Shown here piece after piece: positions 51,250-63,328 of a stretch of 64,000 nucleotides of DNA. Source of the stretch: Tubiluchus corallicola (lineage: Eukaryota; Animalia; Priapulida); assembly GCA_030141605.1 (NCBI GenBank), contig JAQGDQ010001054.1, positions 1 through 64,000 of the forward strand, given 5' to 3'. The translations under genes and the position numbers were made by a program. Positions within the stretch are counted from its first letter, which is position 1. Each line of letters begins with the position of its first letter. The notes under the pieces are model-generated. The model ran no database searches. It was given only the letters and a program-made list of their open reading frames with translations, and had not been told where the DNA came from.

Positions 51250-52728
51250 ATGTTGAGCTTGTTTTGCAAGACGTCGCAATTGGCCATCATGTTGGCCATT
51301 TTGCTCAACAATCTGGAAATTAAAGCCACATACGAAACTCCAGATTGGGAAACTTCGAAGACGAAAACCAAGAAGAATTCAAGTGCTCTAGACAATGCTC
51401 TCGTTGAAGTGAAATACGTTATCTTCGATCATTCCAATAGAAGTGATAGTGGCGCCATTGCAGAGAATAACGCAACCTCAAATGCTAATGATGAAAGTGA
51501 CGATATCCTGGAGAATGCTACAGAGTTTGTTGATGTCAGTGAAATGGTGATATCAGGCAACAGCTCCGCTAAAGAACTGTACCAGGTTTACGTGTTTCCT
51601 GCCCTTGCAGGCATGTCCATATTAGGAAATATGTTCAACGTCTTCGTGTTCACATCTCGAAGAATGCCAGCGTCGGCCTTCAACACGCTTCTGCTGGGTC
51701 TTGCAGTCACAGAAGGTCTGCAAGGTTTGTTCTTTCTGGTAGCTTTTGTTCTGGATTCGTTGTGTGACGCCTGTCCGAAAGATTTACTGTACGTCATTTC
51801 GAAGTTCGGCGATTTGCTCTTCTACACCTCCAACTGGGTGACCGTCTGCATTTCCGTGTTTCGTCTTCTGGCAGTGGCTCGACCTTTGTCGTACAAACAT
51901 GTTTGCACCGAGAGGAGGGCGTCGAATTGCATAATCGCCTGCTTCATCGCCAATGCCATCAAAGAGATTCCTTATTGGATTAATCACTTTGTGGTGAAAT
52001 TCTATGACGATCTGAAGATCATTGAACCGATTAATCAAACCGTCGGACGCATTGTTCCGTGTCTTATTGTCACTTTCAGCACAATGGCGTCCATATTTTT
52101 CGTCAAGCGAATGTCCGCGGTCACCAATCGATTAGCTCCTCGCAAGCAAAGGAAGCAAGAAGAAGAAAAGCATATCATACGTATGTTGCTGGTCCTGTTG
52201 GTCCTGTTCGTCTTGACCAACACCTATTGCGTTCTGTTGCTCCTTCTCCGGATATACGGAGTCACGTGGATCAAGCCGCTCCTCTTTTCCTCCCCAATTG
52301 CATTTGGTTTCAACAGTTCTATGAACGTATTTCTTTATTTCCTCATGTCTCCTGCATACAGGAAGGCCATATTTAAATGTGGACAGGATGGTTCCTCATA
52401 TTTCAACAGCAGCGTAGGGTCTGGGTCTCAACGACGGAATTCTCCCACCAGAACGCAACAGAGCAGGAAGAGAAGTGACTCGTCGGATATGAATCCACCC
52501 TCCCAGATTGCATATGACCCTAGATATGGACTTTACAGAAAACGCGGGGAGAATGAATTTGTTTATGATAATTTTGCGTTTGACCATCGGGTCACACAAA
52601 ATGGCGGCGTGACGACAGTGGAAAGCACCTCTAGTTGTGAACAACGCAGCTCTATCTATTGTGATGTGTCTGGCGTTTATTTGGGATACCAGCAAACCGA
52701 CGAACCGAAAGAAGTCACAAATTTTTAA
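51250..52728 (+). CDS. Class A (rhodopsin-like) GPCR, FMRFamide/sex-peptide-receptor/Srw-like, with long N-glycosylated N-terminus
   Basis: 492 aa, seven hydrophobic segments: GN in TM1 (ILGNMFN), LAVTE in TM2, SNWVTVCISVFRLLAVARPL in TM3, NSSMNVFLY in TM7 with helix 8 SPAYRK; splice acceptor tttctttttcAG ~35 nt upstream of the ATG. Confidence 0.92.
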   Translation: MLSLFCKTSQLAIMLAILLNNLEIKATYETPDWETSKTKTKKNSSALDNALVEVKYVIFDHSNRSDSGAIAENNATSNANDESDDILENATEFVDVSEMVISGNSSAKELYQVYVFPALAGMSILGNMFNVFVFTSRRMPASAFNTLLLGLAVTEGLQGLFFLVAFVLDSLCDACPKDLLYVISKFGDLLFYTSNWVTVCISVFRLLAVARPLSYKHVCTERRASNCIIACFIANAIKEIPYWINHFVVKFYDDLKIIEPINQTVGRIVPCLIVTFSTMASIFFVKRMSAVTNRLAPRKQRKQEEEKHIIRMLLVLLVLFVLTNTYCVLLLLLRIYGVTWIKPLLFSSPIAFGFNSSMNVFLYFLMSPAYRKAIFKCGQDGSSYFNSSVGSGSQRRNSPTRTQQSRKRSDSSDMNPPSQIAYDPRYGLYRKRGENEFVYDNFAFDHRVTQNGGVTTVESTSSCEQRSSIYCDVSGVYLGYQQTDEPKEVTNF

Positions 52729-52798
52729 TTAATAGAAACGGAAATATGGCGATGGCCCTGTTTGCCATTTCTATATTACCTCTTTTTTGACTTTCAAA

Positions 52799-53096
52799 AA
52801 GTGGTAGCTTGTGTATAGGTACTGTGGTGCTGCAGCACCCCCTGATTTCACTCATTATTATCGATAATATTCAGTGTAATAAGTCTTTTTTCTTTAGCTC
52901 TTTCTTTATACTTGTACTTCACCAGAGCACATGAAGGTAGTACTGTTTGCTTCACAGCCCAGCACAGTGGTGTGTATGGCTGTTGTGCGCATGCGGACAT
53001 GCGCACATGTCTGAGATAACATGCTGTACGCTCCACTACTAGCATCTGCTGCTAGGTAGAGAAAGTGCTATCGCTCACACAACTTGTTGTCAGTTG
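52799..53096 (+). mobile_element. Truncated copy of the 10937-11477 hAT MITE
   Basis: Colinear with 10937-11221 and runs directly into the 40-bp satellite. Confidence 0.85.
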
Positions 53097-55160
53097 TGCC
53101 GTTTTCAAGTTCACAACATAGTGCCGAAAACCACTGTGTCGTTTTCAAGTTCACGACATAGTGCCGAAAACCACTGTGCCGTTTTCAAGTACACGACATA
53201 GTGCCGAAAATCACTGTGCCGTTTTCAAGTTTACGACATAGTGCGAAAAACCACTGTGCCATTTTCAAGTACACGACATAGTGCCGAAAACCACTGTGCC
53301 GTTTTCAAGTACACGACATAGTGCCGAAAACCACTGTGCCATTTTCAAGTTCACGACATAGTGCCGAAAACCACTGTGCCGTTTTCAAGTACACGACATA
53401 GTGCCGAAAACCACTGTGCCATTTTCAAGTTCACAACATAGTACTGAAAACCACTGTGCCGTTTTCAAGTACACGACATAGTGCCGAAAACCACTGTGCC
53501 GTTTTCAAGTTTACGACATAGTGCCAAAAACCACTGTGCCGTTTTCAAGTACACGACATAGTACCGAAAACCACAGTGCCGTTTTCAAGTTTAAGACATA
53601 GTACCGAAAACCACAGTGCCGTTTTCAAGTACACGACATAGTACCGAAAACCACAGTGCCGTTTTCAAGTTCACAACATAGTACCGAAAACCACTGTGCC
53701 GTTTTCAAGTTTACGACATAGTACCGAAAACCACAGTGCCGTTTTCAAGTTTACGACACAGTACCGAAAACCACAGTGCCGTTTTCAAGTTTACGACACA
53801 GTACCGAAAACCACAGTGCCGTTTTCAAGTTTACGAGATAGTACCGAAAACCACATTGCCGTTTTCAAGTTCACAACATAGTACCGAAAACCACTGTGCC
53901 GTTTTCAAGTTTACGATATAGTACCGAAAACCACAGTGCCGTTTTCAAGTTTACGACACAGTACCGAAAACCACAGTGCCGTTTTCAAGTTTACGACACA
54001 GTACCGAAAACCACAGTGCCGTTTTCAAGTTTACGAGATAGTACCGAAAACCACTGTGCCGTTTTCAAGTACACGACATAGTGCCGAAAATCACTGTGCC
54101 GTTTTCAAGTTTACGACATAGTGCGAAAAACCACTGTGCCATTTTCAAGTACACGACATAGTGCCGAAAACCACTGTGCCGTTTTCAAGTACACGACATA
54201 GTGCCGAAAACCACTGTGCCATTTTCAAGTTCACGACATAGTGCCGAAAACCACTGTGCCGTTTTCAAGTTTACGACATAGTGCGAAAAATCACTGTGCC
54301 ATTTTCAAGTTCACGACATAGTGCCGAAAACCACTGTGCCGTTTTCAAGTACACGACATAGTGCCGAAAACCACTGTGCCATTTTCAAGTTCACAACATA
54401 GTACTGAAAACCACTGTGCCGTTTTCAAGTACACGACATAGTGCCGAAAACCACTGTGCCGTTTTCAAGTTTACGACATAGTGCCGAAAACCACTGTGCC
54501 GTTTTCAAGTACACGACATAGTACCGAAAACCACAGTGCCGTTTTCAAGTTTAAGACATAGTACCGAAAACCACAGTGCCGTTTTCAAGTACACGACATA
54601 GTACCGAAAACCACAGTGCCGTTTTCAAGTTCACAACATAGTGCCGAAAACCACTGTGCCGTTTTCAAGTTTACGACATAGTACCGAAAACCACAGTGCC
54701 GTTTTCAAGTTCACGACACAGTACCGAAAACCACAGTGCCGTTTTCAAGTTTACGACACAGTACCGAAAACCACAGTGCCGTTTTCAAGTTTACGAGATA
54801 GTACCGAAAACCACATTGCCGTTTTCAAGTTCACAACATAGTACCGAAAACCACTGTGCCGTTTTCAAGTTTACGATATAGTACCGAAAACCACAGTGCC
54901 GTTTTCAAGTTTACGACACAGTACCGAAAACCACAGTGCCGTTTTCAAGTTTACGACACAGTACCGAAAACCACAGTGCCGTTTTCAAGTTTACGAGATA
55001 GTACCGAAAACCACATTGCCGTTTTCAAGTTTACGACATAGTGCCGAAAACCACAGTGCCGTTTTCAAGTTTACGACATAGTGCGAAAAACCACTGTGCC
55101 ATTTTCAAGTTCACGACATAGTGCCGAAAACCACTGTGCCGTTTTCAAGTACACGACATA
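53097..55160. repeat. 40-bp satellite array, ~51 copies, with higher-order duplication
   Basis: Unit gt(g/a)ccgaaaacca(c)(t/a)gtgccgttttcaagt(tt/ac/tc)acgacata with a strict 40-bp period. Confidence 0.98.
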
Positions 55161-55998
55161 ATGCCATGCATACTTAGTCTGATCATACATTAATTCGGCC
55201 CTGTTTATCCACAATGAGTTTGACTGCTCATTATACCGTTACGCAACAGATAATAATCATTGTAATTATTATCATCAAATGAATTAATAATGGGAGTTTA
55301 TAGCTTCAATGCCGGAGCGAATGCTGTAGTAAATTTGTCATTACAGAAGCTGTCAAGAGCGCCAGCTTCCTAGCTACCTAGAATGTCATTAAATTCCCTG
55401 GGCAGATGCTAGAATAAAATATGACAAACTCATTCTAGTCAAAAAGAATTTTTAAGATTCTTTACAACAGGAACAATATATACTAACTTTAGTACACCAC
55501 AAACACTTACAAAAGCAGGAGTTATTTCTACTTTAAGGAATATTTGACATCAACAACATATATATATATATATATATTGTTTGCAGTACAATCCACATTC
55601 AACAGTTTTTTTTACAAAACTTACAAAACTGCATGAAACCACTTATATAGTTTTCAGATTTTTAGCATAATAAAACGAGATCAGTTTGTTAAATATACCA
55701 CGATAACCAACAATTTTTTTATTTGTTTTTATTAAAAATTTACAGATATTTCCAATAAACACTATCTGTCATTTCATGATCTTTATTGTGATTATAGGTT
55801 ATTTATTTGTTTATTTGTTGGAAATATCTGCTAGTGTACGTAGAAATGTTGGGTTTTTCTGATAATAATGTAATAAAATTTATTACATAATGAGTTGTTT
55901 ATGAAATTTTAAAGCCAATACTTTTCGCGTTTAATTGAACAATACGTATTGTAACATCCCTGGCGAAAAATATCGATGACATTGATTCTTTTGTCAGT

Positions 55999-56640
<642 letters not shown>

Positions 56641-58005
56641 TATTATTATGAACAGTTGCAAATGTATAAAATTCAATATGACCTCTCTTTTTCTTATGAT
56701 TTTTATGTCTGTGGGTAATATGTACATTTGTGTGAGAATCTTTAGTCAAAATCAAGTCAAATCAAACCAAGTTTATTTTTCTCTATAACATTACAGAAAC
56801 GTATACATGTAACAAAAATATGCAAACATAATTAGAGTAATGTATACGTTTACACGTTTACACGTATACATATACGGTTATTTAAAACTTATATATATAT
56901 ATAACTAACGTATACATATACATAAATAACCGTATATGTATACGTGTAAACGTATACATAAACATATATAAGTGAAAACATATATAAAACAATACGGTAC
57001 GAGATGGTATCGTATCTAAATTAATTATAATAATATAATATAAAATAAAAATAATATAAAATAATATATATATATATATAAGTAAAAACATATTAAAAAA
57101 GAAAAGTGAACAAAATTAACGTTGTTTTGAAAAGACCCATAGTATGATATTTTGTAAAACTAGAAACACAATTTCATGCAAGTTACAATAATAATAGTGA
57201 TGATAAAACTCTTGAAGATAAATCTCTTTAATGCAGTTTATACAACTTACATGTATTGTGATAAGGTATAATATATGTATTTTATATATGTACACAAATA
57301 ATATAGGTATTTAACCCCACGAGGTTTCTTGTATTTAATGTGCATATTACGTTACTTAACTTCAAATGACTAACCTGCACACCCATGACTAACCAGATTC
57401 TTCCCTATGCACACCCTAATTTTACACCCTGCCTTGTTTTGATTAACCCTTTCTCGCTATCAATGTTGTTCTTACAAGATTTCCTGTCAGCACACACTGT
57501 AAATATTTACTTTTTGTTTGGCATGCCATTTTGTAATAAAACTGTTACGTTTCATTGAACTTACGTTGCTTTTTGTGAAAAATAAATTTAAAACTAAATC
57601 TAAATCGATATCTAATCTTTAAAAATTGGGATGATCAATTTTAGCTATTGTAAACTTCAATAATGATCCTATATCGATGCCACGAAAGTTGGCACAAAAA
57701 TGTCCCATGTAAGTTGATTAACTTTTACTGTTTACAACACGGATAGGTGACACATGGGTAACTGACTGAAAGCTTTTTTTAAAATAAAGTGTTTACATTG
57801 CTGCCACAGATGTCGCCACATACATGAATGTTATAAGTAAACAAAAACAGCAGATAATTCTCCTGCAGTTGTTATAATTAATTTTTGCATAAAAGGACAA
57901 CTGTTATTATTACGATACTGTACAGGTCATTTGAAAGTACTATCGTTGAAGGATTCCTTCAGAAAATATATTAATTATTATTAGTATTACTCTACCCACT
58001 TTTAA

Positions 58006-58616
58006 AGCAAAATCGGACTCAGGCTGTAAATCAAGACAATCTACTCTTTAAAATATTGAAAGGAAACATACTATTTTTTTCAAAAATGACTTACGTGAAA
58101 GAATTATGACCACACAAACACAATTTCACGTTCGCGTCACTAGTTCTTTGCTCTTACGTGCATTTCGCCATTCGCTAGTTAGACGGGCGCTCGCGCTTGC
58201 GTTTCGGAAATGCATTGCACAAAAACAGGTTCTGCACCTCTCAGTTCATATGTGTTTGTTTGCGACGAACTACACACGTTCGACAGCTCATGCGTGAGCA
58301 CGGCGGTAATTTTGAATTTTAATTTTAAAACTTGCCTAGTTTTAATTCAACACACTGAATATTTTACAGTAGCACCGTACTTCAATTTTCGCTTTTGCAA
58401 ACACGTAAAAAACACGCTCGTGGAATATTTTTGCTTTTGGAAATTATGTTAGTTTGTGATGTCATTACTAGTTTGGCTCCTCCGTTGTTAATTAAGATTG
58501 TAATCTATAAATTATCAGAAACCTTTTTGATAACAGAACTAGTATTAAATGTGTTAAAATGTACATTCTACCGCACTTGAAAATGGGGTAGTATATGAAA
58601 AATCATCCTCCATCCT
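58006..58616 (+). mobile_element. TTAA-type MITE family B copy
   Basis: TTAA|AGCAAAATCGGACT...gaaaaatcatcct; colinear with 4605-5225. Confidence 0.8.
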
Positions 58617-59329
58617 GCTGTACCTCAAGGTTCATACTTCCCAAATCAAGTTTTGTTAATGTCCCTGCTGGCTTCAGGCGAATTTGCCTACTGTCGATAA
58701 CTAAGCCTTTTCTCTGACTGTTGTTATTTTACTGGCAAACATTTATTTACGTTTACAAATGAAATAGTTGCTGTACCTTAATTTTCGTGGCGCGCTTTAG
58801 AAATTGCTAAGTTCGTCTTTAGTGCTTTGTTGTTTTTCTATTTTTGGGTTTTTGCGAAACTTTCATTAATGAATAAAATGAATGAAAACAACGTTATCAT
58901 TCGAGAAAAAACGTTACTTCATTTTAGGGCGAATGCGATTTATAAATTTAGGAAAAATTTAGATCTTGTACAACTGCAATAGCTTCTATATCCGTCCACG
59001 TCTATTCAAGCCTCGATCTGAAATGTCTTACAGATACAGCAGGAGTGAATAAACTTGGAAAATTGAAGTGACTGTTTGTTTAACTATCCTGGTTGAACGA
59101 TAAGAAATGCACGACGCATCTATACACCACAGAGAAACATCGTATTAAAAATTGCTATTCTAAGTTTAATATCAGTGACAATTTGTGCTTTTCTTATGGA
59201 GTGTTTTTTCTGCTCTGAGTTTTGTGTTTTACAAGTGATTCTGTTCTCGCACACGTGCTTTTCTATTGTTTTTTAGCCTGACAGTGACTGCATATCTTCT
59301 CTTGTATTTTTCTGTGTTTCGGGTTTTGT

Positions 59330-59850
59330 CCTTCACTAGCCGTTGTATTTTTTTCTGTACCATAAATTATTTGCTTTAATAGTGAACGGGATCTTTCTCT
59401 TCTGTTTTTTGTGCTGTAAGTTCTTTGTTTTATTAGCGAACTTGTTCTTTCTCTTGTGTTTTTTCAGTATCATAAATTCTTTACTTTATTAGTGAACTTA
59501 ATCTTTCTCTTGTGTTGTTTTCTTTATCATAAATTCTTTGCTTTATTAGTAAACGAGTTCTTTCTCTTCTGTTTTTTTGTGCTGTAGATTCTTTGTTTAT
59601 TAGTGAATTCTTCTTTGTGTTTTTTTACGTAACTTTTTTCTTTAGTGAATTAGTTCTTTCTCTTGTGCTTTTCAATACCGTAAATTCTTTCTTTTATTAG
59701 TGAAAAACTTCCTTCTCTTGTGTTTTTTCTGAACTGTAAATTCTTTTTTTATCAGTGAATTTCTTCTTTTTTTCCGTGATTTTTGTGTACTGTGAACTAT
59801 TTTCTTTAGTAAACGAGTTCTTTCTTGAGTTTTTTCAGTGCTGTAAATTT
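59330..59850. repeat. Degenerate T-rich ~55-60-bp tandem repeat
   Basis: Recurrent taaattctttgctttattagtgaac....tctttctcttgtgtttttt. Confidence 0.75.
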
Positions 59851-60054
59851 CATGCGTTGTTAGTGATTGTATTTATTTCGATAACCGGAAATAAAGTGAA
59901 AAGGAAACATGCCGGTTATTTTCATTCTAAGAATTCTTTTTCCCATCACCAATAAGTTTTTAATTACTGCAACTGTTTTTGTATTTTGTTGAGCCTAATC
60001 ATTACTTGTAAAATGTTTAATACGAATGACATTTTCAGTTGGTGAACAGTAGCA

Positions 60055-62316
60055 ATGGTGTGGTGGATGAAAGTCCTGGTTTCAGCTTGCACACTTTGGC
60101 TTTGTGCAGCAAGTGGACGAGAGACGTGCGAGGACTTTGACCAACAAATTCCAGCCACTTTGGCCTTCCTAGATGGTTCTAATGCCGTACGATCACACGG
60201 GAGGCTCGTAGAGATGAGACAAGAGGAGGAACTTTTCCTCTTGACCATAGAGGTGCCAACCTCAGAGTGTTCCAACTGGAATGACACCATTATATCGTCT
60301 ACCTCACGTGGGAGTTTGTTGCTTTTGCACCACGCGCCTGTAGCACAAGTAACAGGCACCCAATCAACTGTAGAAAGCACCGCAAGAGATTTCTCTATCT
60401 TTTGTGATGTTGTGGCTCAACCAAGTGACGTAACAGAAGTCCACTGGTTTAAGAACGGCAGGCAAATAGTAACCGATTCTGATCAAAAATATAGAGTCAC
60501 TTTGGGGATAAAACCTGCATTGACATTTTTGTCTGTGGGAGATGATGACGGGGGTTCGTGGCAGTGTCAGGCCAGAAATTCGGTTGGGTTTGGATCTCTT
60601 AGCTCTCCTTTTAACTTGGTGGTGACTCCCAAACCCGTTGTCACGTTTGCTCCAAAAGTTCTGGCACGTGAAACAGATGAAGTTACCTTTGAGTCGAATA
60701 AGGAAACAACAAGAGATCTGGTCTACACCATTCCTTGCCAGTATGAAGCAAAACCTGACACGCTGTTAGAAGTTGAGTGGCACAAAGACAATAACATACT
60801 GGCTACCAGGATGTCGGAGCTTTACTCGGGAGCTACGACTAGCTTTCCGTCTTTAATTATTCACGGAATCGACGACAGTGATGCCGGCAACTACACTTGT
60901 CGTTTGAGAAACGCTGCCGGTTTTGGACAGTCGAGTCCTCCGTTTCTGCTGAGAGTTAACTCGCCATTGTCTTGCGAAGGAGGGGAAATTCAACAAATTA
61001 CAGCAACAGTTGCAGAAACGGTGCAGCTGCATTGCAACATTGCAGGAGCAACACCAGAAATGCCAATCTCTTATCAATGGCTACACAAGGGTCGGTTTAC
61101 CAACAATATTGATGGTCATCGGTCGTCCAGACTGGAGGTGACCCTTAGCCAAGAAGACTTTGCGAATTACGAATGTGTAGCTACTGTAGAGAAGCCAAGA
61201 AGGGAAGTTAAATGTGAGTTTGTTTTACGGGTGGATAAATCCAACATTCCACAGTTCTGTCCAGCACTGAAACCGAAAAATGCAAAACTTTTTCAAACAT
61301 CTCTGTTAGGCAATGTCAACCCAATTCGCGGACCGGATGGTGGTTTTGCCAAAAACGTGCAACTTAAGTACGTATGCGACGATTTCTACAAATTCCGTCC
61401 TTGGTTCAAATTTGAGGTGGAGACGCACGACGACGGAGTGAGGACCTGCGGCAGGTTTGTGCCAGGCAAGTGGGCGCCGGTCACGCCACCGATCTGCATT
61501 CCGGACTGCGGGAGATCCTTTGCACCTCGCCGACCCACAATTATCAACGGTACGGAAGCTGACCCTCAAAAATGGCCTTGGATGGCGTCCGTTAGGCGAA
61601 AACAATCGTTCACCACCGTTCACATCTGTGGCGGAGCACTTTTAAGCTCTAATGCTGTCGTCACGGCTGCGCATTGCGTCACCAGGGAATTCCGAAAAGA
61701 GGCGGTAAACGTCGACTCTCTTGTGGTATCTTTGGGAAAACGAAAACGTAATGACAAAGACGATGACCCTGCAAATTTGCAAACCTTCAATGTTCGGAGC
61801 ATTCACGTACACGACGATTACAATCCTTTTAACTTAGACGCTGACATTGCTGTTCTCTTGTTACAAGATGAAGCAAAGATCAACGAACACGTTCAGACAG
61901 TTTGCCTACCAAAATTCGATTTTGAACCTGGCGTCGAAGGTGTGGTTACCGGATGGGGACTCACTGAAAGAAAGGTTACCGCCGATGTCCTCTTAGAAGC
62001 AAGATTGCCAATTGTTGACCAGCAAAAATGTCAAGCTTCTTTCAATAACATTTTGGGTCAAGCGGCTCCGCTTCAGCTGACAGACAACATGATGTGTGTG
62101 GGTAATGAAGATGGAAAAGGGGGTACTTGTACAGGAGACAGCGGTGGTCCATTTGTTGTGGGAAGGAAAGACAAGAGAGGGAGTACTGACATTACTTACA
62201 GATTGGCTGGAATTGTCAGTTTTGTGTCGAATGAAGGGTGTGGAATACCGAATAGGTTTGCTGTATTCACACGAGTTGCTAATTTCATTCGTTGGCTACA
62301 AAATATTGTATTTTAA
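60055..62316 (+). CDS. Secreted modular serine protease: signal peptide - 3 Ig-like domains - sushi/CCP - S1A protease
   Basis: 753 aa; signal peptide (..LWLCAASG); three C..W..DxGx(Y/W)xC Ig motifs (DGGSWQC, DAGNYTC, DFANYEC); CCP (FCP..C..TC..W..PPIC); CG linker and IING; intact triad TAAHC, DADIA, GDSGG; acceptor attttcAG 17 nt before the ATG; no introns in the ORF. Confidence 0.95.
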   Translation: MVWWMKVLVSACTLWLCAASGRETCEDFDQQIPATLAFLDGSNAVRSHGRLVEMRQEEELFLLTIEVPTSECSNWNDTIISSTSRGSLLLLHHAPVAQVTGTQSTVESTARDFSIFCDVVAQPSDVTEVHWFKNGRQIVTDSDQKYRVTLGIKPALTFLSVGDDDGGSWQCQARNSVGFGSLSSPFNLVVTPKPVVTFAPKVLARETDEVTFESNKETTRDLVYTIPCQYEAKPDTLLEVEWHKDNNILATRMSELYSGATTSFPSLIIHGIDDSDAGNYTCRLRNAAGFGQSSPPFLLRVNSPLSCEGGEIQQITATVAETVQLHCNIAGATPEMPISYQWLHKGRFTNNIDGHRSSRLEVTLSQEDFANYECVATVEKPRREVKCEFVLRVDKSNIPQFCPALKPKNAKLFQTSLLGNVNPIRGPDGGFAKNVQLKYVCDDFYKFRPWFKFEVETHDDGVRTCGRFVPGKWAPVTPPICIPDCGRSFAPRRPTIINGTEADPQKWPWMASVRRKQSFTTVHICGGALLSSNAVVTAAHCVTREFRKEAVNVDSLVVSLGKRKRNDKDDDPANLQTFNVRSIHVHDDYNPFNLDADIAVLLLQDEAKINEHVQTVCLPKFDFEPGVEGVVTGWGLTERKVTADVLLEARLPIVDQQKCQASFNNILGQAAPLQLTDNMMCVGNEDGKGGTCTGDSGGPFVVGRKDKRGSTDITYRLAGIVSFVSNEGCGIPNRFAVFTRVANFIRWLQNIVF

Positions 62317-62322
62317 ATTTAA

Positions 62323-62859
62323 AGGAAAACCAGATGATTGTGTAAACACGAGCTTAGAATAAAGAATGCTTTAAAATACTGAAAACAACAATAGCTTTTT
62401 TTATATCAAAGCTTAAATTAAATAATAATTACCTCAGATACTCAAATTTCTTTAAACTTTCAAAGCTACGCGCGGCTCAGTGAATCTACTAAGATTGGCA
62501 GCGGCGCCTTTATGTCACGTGCGTGTGGCCGACAAATAGAAGGCGGTACCGTGATAACCATGATCATGAACTGCAGCGTTAGTTTCATGACGTCATACAT
62601 AGTCCCCATTTTTCGTGACATCATGCGTTTGAACAGTACTGTAACACCTATGCAAATGTGCTTGAGGCGCAAGGGAAAACGCCTGTCATTGCACAAACTG
62701 TGGCTAGTTTCTGACGTAAGCTATAGCTGCGTTCGGTTGCCGTTTATTAACTTTCTAAGCTAATTATTCAAAATTAAGAAACAATTGCTAACTTTTATAG
62801 GCAAGAAATTGTATATTTTGGACAGTAAATTTGAGTCTAAACAATCGTCCGGTCTTCCT
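62323..62859 (+). mobile_element. Kolobok-like family A MITE inserted 6 bp after the protease stop codon
   Basis: TTAA|AGGAAAACCAGATGATTGT ... ACAATCGTCCGGTCTTCCT|TTAA; homologous to 17988-18524. Confidence 0.9.
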
Positions 62860-63328
62860 TTAAGAATAATGCGACTGATTTAACGCCATCTAGCGTATGT
62901 TGGCTGGGTCTATAGCATCAGTTAAACGTGATTCATTGCTTTTTGTGATTGTTAATATTTACTATGTAATCATGGCGATATTTTCTAAAAATGACTATTA
63001 ACAACCTGAAAAATTTCCAAAATAAATCAATATCTCTATTGTTTTCTTATTTGTTGTTTATTTCTAATCTAATACCGGTTACTTCCCGAATATTTGATGT
63101 TCTGAAAAATATTTTGTGCCTGGCACTGTCAAGTTTTGCGTTTTTGCGACAGGAAAGAACGTTCATTACATGACAGTGTAAATATAATGATAATTACGAT
63201 GAAGATAAATCGTTATTTACCCAATATATATATCACCACCACCATACATATACATATACGTTACGGTTTTAATTTACGTTAAAACCAGGATAAATGAGGC
63301 CAGAAAGATTCATAACGCCAGTTTTAAA

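Noticed and set aside
53097-55160. CRISPR-like array (regular period, palindromic unit)
   Set aside because: No unique spacers: the whole 40 bp repeats. No cas genes, and the context is eukaryotic
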